From the NCBI GenBank assembly GCA_965644315.1, contig CBFFRQ010000056.1, positions 1 to 64,000 of the forward strand: DNA of 64,000 nt, read 5' to 3'. Both the position numbers and the translations under genes were made by a program. The stretch comes from Caecitellus pseudoparvulus (Eukaryota; Protista; Bigyra: Bicosoecida). Numbering within the stretch: position 1 is the first letter of the stretch; each line of letters opens with the position of its first letter. Below the pieces are notes generated by a model. The model was given only the letters and a program-made list of their open reading frames with translations. It was not told the DNA's origin and searched no databases. Below are positions 56,501 to 64,000 of the stretch, piece by piece.

Positions 56501-59500
56501 CCGACTTCTGCACCGTGGACATGCAGGGCTCTGCGCTGCTGGCCACGCGCAGTGGAGGTGCAGGCGCCTCTGCTGGCTTGAGCCTGGGCCTGCTGGGCAC
56601 AGGTGGCGCCATCGCCCGCCGCATCCCCCTGGACCCCCCTGCCATCCTGAAGCCCACGCCCATGTGGACAGGCAAGCAAGTCATCTCCACCTTGCTGAAA
56701 GCCCTCACGTGGGACATCCCCGCCCCTGGCAACGCCCTGTCCGTGGTGAGCAAGACCCAGGTGCCTGCGAAGGCGTGGGCAGAGGGTGCTCGAGGGGCCC
56801 GTGCGCCCAAGCCTGCGGACGCTGCCGCCGCTGCGTGGGCTGCCGGCCCGCTGTCCAGCGTCACCGAGGCCACCCTGCGCATCCACAACAACGACATGGT
56901 GACGGGTGTCCTGGACAAGGCCTCCCTCGGCAACGCCACCTACGGCGTCGTGCACTCGGCCTATGAGCTGTTTGGCGCTGACCGCGCGTCCGCCTTGCTC
57001 TCTGCCCTGGGCCGCCTGCTCACTGTGCTCCTGCAGGACGTCGGCCTCACCTGCTCCATGGACGACCTGGTCCTCATGCACGGCGCCGACGTCCGGCGCA
57101 GGGAACTCGTGAACCAGGCCTACTTCGACGGCAACGCCGCCGGCGCCGCCTGGGCCCGTGTCCCCAGCCCGGCACCCCTGCCAGCCCTGCCTGCCGGCGA
57201 GCCCGCTGACATCGTCCCGGGGGCCACTTCTGTGGACACGTCGGGCCACCGGCGCTCGGGCCCAGGCACCGCTGCCGCTGCTGCTGCTCTGGGTGCCGCC
57301 CACATCGCCGGTGACGCGGGGCTGCCTTCGGGCGCCTTCCTGCCTGGCGCGGAGGCCAGCGCCGCCTGGACTGCGGCAACGCGCCAAGGCGTCGCTGCAC
57401 GCATGCTGGGTACCGACGCCAAGGCTGCGGCAGCTGCGGCTGGCAAGGGCTCTGCCGACGCCTGGAAGGGTGTGGACTTGATGGCTGCCGCGCTGGATGG
57501 CGCCGTGAAGGGGGCTGTGTCCACGGGGCACTCCGCCATCCTGGACTCCTGCCTGCCCCACGGCCTGTACAAGCCCTTCCCTGAGAACTCCTTCAGCCTC
57601 ATGGTCACGTCGGGCGCCAAGGGTTCCCGTGTCAACCATGCCATGATCACCTGCGGCCTGGGGCAGCAGGAGCTGGAGGGCCGCCGTGTGCCGCTCATGG
57701 TGTCTGGCAAGTCCCTGCCCGCCTTCCCCGCCTTCCACCCTCACCCACGAGCGGGGGGCTTCGTTGCAGACCGCTTCCTCACAGGGCTGCGCCCTCAGGA
57801 GTACTACTTCCACTGCATGTCTGGCCGGGAGGGGCTCGTGGACACCGCCGTGAAGACCAGTCGCTCAGGGTACCTTCAGCGGTGCCTGGTGAAGCACCTG
57901 GAAGACCTGCGTGTCGCGTACGACTTCACCGTGCGGGACAGCGAGGGCAGCGTGTACCAGTTCCTGTACGGCGAGGACGGCATGGACGTGACCAAGGCAG
58001 CCTTCCTGCCGCCGGTGGGGGGTCAGGACCAGCTCGGCTTCCTCGCATCCAACGCCCCCGCCCTCTCCCATGCCTTCACCTCCGCTGGCAGCAGTGCAGA
58101 TGGCAAGCCTTGGTGGACTTCCTGTGACATGCAGACGGCAGTGGCGGCCCAGGAGCGCGTCGCGCGTGGGCGGGCAGCCTGGCAGGCTGCTCACCGGGGC
58201 GAAGCGCCCCCTGCAGGAGACCGCAAGGGGCTGGCCATGCACGAGTACGAGGTGGGCGACGATGTCTCCCTGCGCCGCCTGGCGCCCGGGCTGCCTTCGT
58301 ACTCCAAAGCCCTCAGCAAAGCGCCGGAGCTGCCGTCCGGAGGCCGTGACACCAGCGGCATCCTGGGGCAGACCTGGGTGCCCGGACACATCAGCGCCGT
58401 GAACAGGGACAAGCACGGCGCCATCACGTCGTATGACGTGCAGTACACAGAGTCCCGAGCAGGGTCAGACGACGCACCCCCCGCCACAGTCCTGCAGCGC
58501 AAGGTGACGCCCTGCGTGAAGGGCTCCTGGGTCCTGCGGCCTGTGGTGGAGGACCCAGTCGTGTCCACCCTGCCCATGACGGGCAAGTACCTGGGCCTGC
58601 TGCCGGAAGCGGCGCAGGACGCCGTGGACGCGTACAGTGCCAAGCTGGCCGCTGCGCAGGAAGCGGCGGACCAAGGCAAGGGCGTGGCACCACCCCTCCC
58701 GGTGGCAGGCTTCAACTCCCTCATGTGGCTGAAGGCTCTCAAGTGCACTGCCGACCCGGGGGAGCCTGTGGGCGTCCTGGCCGCGCAGTCCGTTGGCGAG
58801 CCGTCCACGCAGATGACGCTGAACACTTTCCACTTGGCTGGAAGTGGCGGTGTGAACGTGACGTTGGGCATTCCGCGCCTGCGTGAAATCGTCATGACTG
58901 CCTCGCAGTCCATCAAGACACCCTCCATGATGCTGCCTGTGGCCAAGGCTGCGACGCTGCAGCACATCCTCGCCACGCGCCGTGCCGCTGGCTCTGACTT
59001 GCAGGCGGCGCCCTCCAAGGGTGAGGTGGATGCCGCCGCCACCGCCCTGGCCACGCGTGTCGCGAACACCCTCCGGCGCGTCAGCCTGTCAGACGTCGTG
59101 GACTACACCGCGACGCCACCCCTGCCCAGCTGGGCAGCCAGCCACGGGCGGGAGGAGGAAGGTGGTGGCCTGGCGGTGGCTGAGCGCCTGGCGTCCCGGG
59201 CAGGGCAGGTGGGTCGCTTCGCAGAGTGGGAGCGGCAGTACACCGTCACGCTGCAGTGCGTGCCACAGGTGCACATCGCACAGGCCTACAACTTGGACTT
59301 TGACACTGTGGCCAAGCGGGCAGGGCAGACGTTCGTCCCCCTGCTCCTGGCTGCCGTGGACAAGCAGGTGCGCCGCGCCGCAGGCAGGGCCAGTGACGAC
59401 GGCCCTGATGTCGGGCACGTGCCCGCTGCCGGGGCAGGGCACGCTGAGGAGGAGGCGGTGCCTGCCACGGCCCCCGCCACAGCCGGCGGTGGTGGCGACT

Positions 59501-60543
59501 CTGACGACGAAGCGGAGGGTGGTGACGCGGATGGCACCTCCCGCAGGGGCGTGAAGGGGGAAGTGCGTGGGTACGACGGGGAGGCTGGCGCTCCCGCTGG
59601 CTCCAGCAACGACGCCGCCGACGTGGAGGGTGACGAGGAGGAGGGTGGCAGCCCGAGCCCAGACGCAGAGGAGGACGGAGAGGGAACAGATGCCGTACTG
59701 GACACCACCGCCGCCGCTGCTGCTGCGAATGCCATGTGCAAGCCAGGTGTCCCGACACGCATCGCAGTGGGCGCAGCTGCCGCTCGGTCCCCCATGTTCG
59801 CCAGCTTCGAGGCGTGTGCGCCGGCATCCGCTGACGCAGGCGGCTGGCTGCGCGTGACGCTGTCCTTCCCTGCCGGCGCGCGCAAGGTGCTCATGCTGGC
59901 AGCCGCGGAGACGGCGCTCAAGACGGCTCTCCTCGCCCACACACCTGGCATTAAGAAGGGCATGCCGGGCAAGGCCCGCATGGTGGCGCCGCCGGGGGAC
60001 TTGGAGCACGGCCCCCTTGGCCGTGTGCAGTCCCTGCAGGGCATGGATGTGGGTGACTGGGCGCCAGAGTACTACTCGCCCAAGCGGGAGCAGCCGCTGG
60101 CAGTCACGGAAGGCGTGAATTTCCCCGCTGTGTGGGCGGCAGGAGCCGGCATCCTGGACATGGCGCGCCTGTCCACCAACGACATCGGGGCCGTGCTGCG
60201 GCACTATGGCGTGGAGGCCGCCCGCGCTGCCATCGTGCGGGAGGTCAAGGGTGTCTTCGGCGTGTACGGCATCAAGGTGGACCCGCGCCACCTGGGCCTC
60301 ATTGCGGACTACATGACTTTCTCCGGCGGCTTCAAGCCCATGAACCGCCTGGGCATGCGGGCAGCCCCCTCGCCGTACCAGCAGATGTCCTTTGAGACGA
60401 CGACGCAGTTCCTCACGCAAGCTGCGCTGTATGCGGCGTCTGGCGCGGAGAGCTTGGCCTCGCCGTCTGCTGCGCTTGTGGTGGGCCAGCCTGCCGCCGT
60501 GGGCACAGGAGGTGTCGAGGTGTTGCACAGCCTCACGCACTAA
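53575..60543 (+). CDS. RPA1: RNA polymerase I largest subunit
   Basis: Intron 53739..53954 gives '[10 protein letters not shown]'. [58 protein letters not shown], and an acidic expander region. Confidence 0.97.
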
Positions 60544-60851
60544 GCAGGTGGCGGTGCGAATGCAAGTGAAAGCTCCGATCACGCGCTTCTACTGTTCAGT
60601 CGCGCTCCACCGGCAGGGTGCTGCTGCAGACTCTCGCTGGTCTTTGCTGCAGTGCACCACGCTTGCCACCCACAGCACACCCCGCCAAAACACGACTTCC
60701 CGCACAGAGACTCGAGTTTACGTCGTATGCTTCCGGAGCAGCATTTTCCCTTGGTGGTCTTCTCGTCCCGGCGTCAGTTGCAGGGCAGCTCCGAGGCTTG
60801 AGCCTTGTCTTGCAGGTGGCATTCACACCACACCCGCAACTCTCCCCCATC

Positions 60852-62807
60852 ATGGCGGCAGCGGCAGGCAGTACGGCGGGGAGCGGGGGCACCCCCATTC
60901 CCAGCAACCCCGGCAGCTTTTTCCGAGTGGCCCTGCAGTGGATGCGTGTGGCTGGGGAGGACGACCTGGACCTGGACCTGCAAGCTTGCGTCTTTGACGA
61001 AGCAGGGCACCTCATGGACGCCGCCTTTTACAACCAGCTGGAGGCCGTGGAGGGCGCCGTCGTGCACAGCGGCGACCCTGGCAGCAGTGGTGGCGCGGCA
61101 GGAGCCCAGGGGGGCAGCACTGGCGGGGAGTTCATCACGGTGGACCTGGCCCGCCTGCCCCGCACTGCGCGGGTAGTCAGCATTGTCGTTGCTGCACACC
61201 GGACTGGCAGCTTTGAGGGTGTGGAGACGGCGCAAGTGGACCTCGCGACGCAAATGGGCATTGCAGCGCCTTCTCCCATCTCCTCTCTGGCCTTGGGCTC
61301 CCTGGGCAGCGCCACGTGTGCCCTGGTGGGGTGTCTCTTCATCGACGCGTCAGGCGGCTGGGTGTGGAAGCAGCACGAGGCGCCACTGCCAGGGCGAAAC
61401 TTCCGAGACGCCCTGGAGAAACTGCGTTCCATCGGCGTTGACCCGCACATTGACCAAGTCATGCTGTGGGAGCGCTCCCTCGCAGGCGACAAGACCTTCC
61501 AGATGCACAAGGGGCAGCGGGCCCGCCTGCCGCCAGATGCCACATCGCTCACTGTGGGCTTGGGCTGGACCACCTCCCGCCCAGTGGACCTGGATGCTGC
61601 CTGCAGCATGCTGTCGGCCAAGGGCCAGTCTGACGGCTCCCTGAAAGTCGTGGACGTCGTCTGGCACAATGACGTGCAGGCCCCCGGTGTGAAGCACAGC
61701 GGGGATAATCTCGACGGAGAAGGCGACGGCTTCGACGAGACCATCAGCGTGGACCTCAAGCAGGTGCCACAAGATGTGCAGCAGCTGGTGTTCACGGTGA
61801 ACTGCCACACTGGCAGCCTGGAGGACGTGACCCAAGCGTTTGTGGCCCTGATGCGGGGCACCGAGCGCCTGGCCCAGTTCCAGCTCGAGGGGGAGAAAGA
61901 AACCAGCGTCGTGTTCTGCACCCTGCAGCGGCTGCCAGGGGGCGGCTGGGGCTTCGAAGCCACAGGGCATTCGTGCCCAGGCCGCACAGCCAAGGACTCG
62001 GAGGTCGTGGACTGCATCTTGGGCCGCCCCATCCGGGTCGTGCCGCAGCTGCGTGTGGGGCAGAGCATGCTGCTGCCGCCCACGCTGTACGACGAGCCCA
62101 GCGACACCCTCACCATCTACGATGAGTGGGGCTGCAAGGGTTCCTTCCTGTGGCTTGACGCGTCGTTGCTGCTGCTGGCACAAGACGGTGAGCGCCTGGC
62201 CACGCTGGATTACAGCCACAGGGAGGCATTCGGTGGCGTGTTCGTCCACTCGGGGGACCAGAAGGACGAGTCAGGGAAGAAAGGCCACCACTCCATCACC
62301 ATCCGCATGCAAGCCATCCCAGAGAAAGTCACGTGCATGGTGCTGACCATGTCTGCCTTCTCAGGGTGCCTGGCAGACGTGCAGAAGCCCTTCATCTCCC
62401 TGCAGGACAACGACGGGCGAGAGCTGACACGCTTCTTGCCCGAGGGCATGACAACCACAGATGCCACGTGCTGCACCATGGTCACCGTGCACCGCACAGG
62501 CGCCGCCTGGACGCTCACCGCGCACGGCTTCCTCAGCAAAGGCAACGCTTCGGACTATTCGCCTGTGCACAAGGTGATCAAGGCACTGCAGCCCATGGTG
62601 GTGGCGTCCTCCGTGCACAACCCGCTGCAGGGTGGGCCGCAGCTGGGCATCAAAGACACCCACATTGACTATGTAGCCCTGCGGGGCAAAGCAGGGCAGC
62701 CCACCCCTAAGCAAATTGTCAAGCCGGCTTCTAGCAGCGGCGGGGCCGCCAGTACCAGCGGGGCTGCATCTAGTGAGGCGAGCGGCGGCTGCTGCATCGT
62801 GCAGTGA
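60852..62807 (+). CDS. Triple TerD-domain protein with C-terminal CaaX
   Basis: Three TerD units ('DLDLQAC..VVHSGD', 'VGLGW..DLDAAC..KHSGDNLDGEGDGFDETISVDL', 'WLDASL..VHSGD'); ends GGCCIVQ*; intronless. Confidence 0.88.
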   Translation: MAAAAGSTAGSGGTPIPSNPGSFFRVALQWMRVAGEDDLDLDLQACVFDEAGHLMDAAFYNQLEAVEGAVVHSGDPGSSGGAAGAQGGSTGGEFITVDLARLPRTARVVSIVVAAHRTGSFEGVETAQVDLATQMGIAAPSPISSLALGSLGSATCALVGCLFIDASGGWVWKQHEAPLPGRNFRDALEKLRSIGVDPHIDQVMLWERSLAGDKTFQMHKGQRARLPPDATSLTVGLGWTTSRPVDLDAACSMLSAKGQSDGSLKVVDVVWHNDVQAPGVKHSGDNLDGEGDGFDETISVDLKQVPQDVQQLVFTVNCHTGSLEDVTQAFVALMRGTERLAQFQLEGEKETSVVFCTLQRLPGGGWGFEATGHSCPGRTAKDSEVVDCILGRPIRVVPQLRVGQSMLLPPTLYDEPSDTLTIYDEWGCKGSFLWLDASLLLLAQDGERLATLDYSHREAFGGVFVHSGDQKDESGKKGHHSITIRMQAIPEKVTCMVLTMSAFSGCLADVQKPFISLQDNDGRELTRFLPEGMTTTDATCCTMVTVHRTGAAWTLTAHGFLSKGNASDYSPVHKVIKALQPMVVASSVHNPLQGGPQLGIKDTHIDYVALRGKAGQPTPKQIVKPASSSGGAASTSGAASSEASGGCCIVQ

Positions 62808-62942
62808 CGCTGCCCTGACCATATCTTCGTCACCAAGTGCGTGCAAGTGCGAATGCAAAGCAGGGCTCTCAGTGCCTCTCATTCTGCAGGCCTTGCCAGT
62901 GTGCCAGCCGCTCGAAGCCACTCTAGACACACGTTGCGCAGC

Positions 62943-64000
62943 ATGTCCAGGGAGTGGCCCACCAGCCCCCATGTCACTGCAACCCTGTCCACACTGACGA
63001 CACCAGTGCATGAACTGGAGCAGGGGGTACTGTCAGGTCTGGACAAAGCAGGGCTGGGGTTCACGCTCCCAGACAGCTTCGCAGCACCACCTGCGTCGCT
63101 GCGACACGCCCAGTCACTTGCACTTTCAAGTGCCACCCGCCCACGCCACACAACTTGGGGGGCAAAGAACCGCGCGTTCCATGAGTCAGGCAGCTTCTCT
63201 CCGCTGTCTGGCATGCGCTCCGCGGCATACACTTCCGTTTCGCCCCAAGCAAGCGGTGGTGTGGCTTGTGGTCGCGACAGCGTCGCTTCTGCTCAGTCTC
63301 GCTGCAGTAGCAGTGATGACGAGGGCAGTGGCCACTGGGGCGACAGTGCTGTGCACATGAGTCCGGATCTAGGGCAGACCCTCGAGGGGGGCACTGCACG
63401 CGGCACCACCCAGCGCTTCGCTGCGTGGTGGACGTGCAGGCAAGCAGCAGCCCAGCGCCACAAGCCCAGGCGGCAGTCCCCCCCTCCCAGCCCGCCCCGA
63501 CCCATTCCTGACGCGCAAACCATGCAGCGCACAGCCCGAGTGCTGCAGAGGGCAGGGGCGTCTCCGTGTGTCAGTGTGTCACCGTCCCTGGTCCAGCGAG
63601 CCAGGGCCTTACGGGACGCCGACGTCCCCTCCAGCACACGCAGCCCTGCAACATCCCCACCGTCGCCTGCTTCGCCTGCCAAGGCACGGGCTGAGCGGCG
63701 CAGGGCAGCGGTGGCTGCGGCACGTGCAGGCCCCCCCCAGCGCCGCTCTCCTCGGCCGACGCCCCTCCCCCGTGGCTGTGAGCCGTACCTGCCACGGAGC
63801 GAGGTGGCGGAGGGGCCTGTGGTGACACGGCATGCGGCTGGGCGAGGCCTGTTCTCACACCCCACCGTCGCCTTGCATGTGCAGCAGGCCCTGGACGGCG
63901 GAGCAGGACAGTTGTCCGAAGCCTTGCCTCCGCTTGATCCGCCCGTCCAGGAGACGGCAGCTCCACGCCCAACCCTTCGCAGCACAATCGCCGCAGAGCA
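62943..64000 (+). CDS. Hypothetical low-complexity Pro/Ser/Ala-rich protein, 3'-partial
   Basis: Frame open from ATG 62943 (or 62853) to the window end; no recognisable domain. Confidence 0.45.
   Translation, partial: MSREWPTSPHVTATLSTLTTPVHELEQGVLSGLDKAGLGFTLPDSFAAPPASLRHAQSLALSSATRPRHTTWGAKNRAFHESGSFSPLSGMRSAAYTSVSPQASGGVACGRDSVASAQSRCSSSDDEGSGHWGDSAVHMSPDLGQTLEGGTARGTTQRFAAWWTCRQAAAQRHKPRRQSPPPSPPRPIPDAQTMQRTARVLQRAGASPCVSVSPSLVQRARALRDADVPSSTRSPATSPPSPASPAKARAERRRAAVAAARAGPPQRRSPRPTPLPRGCEPYLPRSEVAEGPVVTRHAAGRGLFSHPTVALHVQQALDGGAGQLSEALPPLDPPVQETAAPRPTLRSTIAAE

Noticed and set aside
53575-60543. Intein in RPA1
   Set aside because: No C/S...HN splice motifs or LAGLIDADG blocks seen in the insertions.
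62805-62943. Stop-codon readthrough from TerD into the in-frame downstream ORF (a single TGA separates them)
   Set aside because: The CaaX must be terminal to function, and a candidate poly(A) motif follows at 62851; a shared frame has a 1-in-3 chance.
1-64000. Transposon, endogenous virophage or giant-virus insert, CRISPR array, tRNA or rRNA
   Set aside because: No transposase, integrase, RT or capsid ORFs, no AT-rich island, terminal repeats, spacer arrays or RNA gene signatures seen by eye.

Overview
Gene-dense, GC-rich eukaryotic nuclear DNA with short canonical GT-AG introns (about 67-216 nt; donors mostly GTGCGT/GTGAGT/GTACG, acceptors CAG). The ciliary genes (BBS10-like, WDR31-like) and the sequence style suggest a flagellated protist, possibly a heterotrophic stramenopile (inference only). 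The first 25 kb holds two tandem minus-strand genes for large surface proteins. One is a ~6771-aa receptor: spliced signal peptide, 12 modules of six FG-GAP (integrin-alpha-type) repeats, S/T/P stalks, Ig/BACON-like and Cys-rich domains, and a ~9-TM TRP/PKD2-like membrane domain. The other is a partial gene, missed by the ORF track, with 14 RCC1-like repeats plus IPT/TIG domains. The remaining 39 kb holds 17 tightly packed genes: SFC1, an F-box-like coiled-coil protein, SCAMP-like, BBS10-like, GSTZ1, COMMD7, WDR31, TRMT61A, SART3, Iwr1 with ankyrins, HERP-like, MUB/UBL3, GOT2, a UBL-PABP fusion, HDAC3-like, TOM1/THH1-like and RPA1. They are followed by a triple-TerD CaaX protein and a partial ORF. 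Other highlights are a Tudor-like insert in RPA1, overlapping convergent CDSs and a recurring (C/G/A)AATGCA motif after stop codons. All family calls are from motif recognition by eye; no searches were run.
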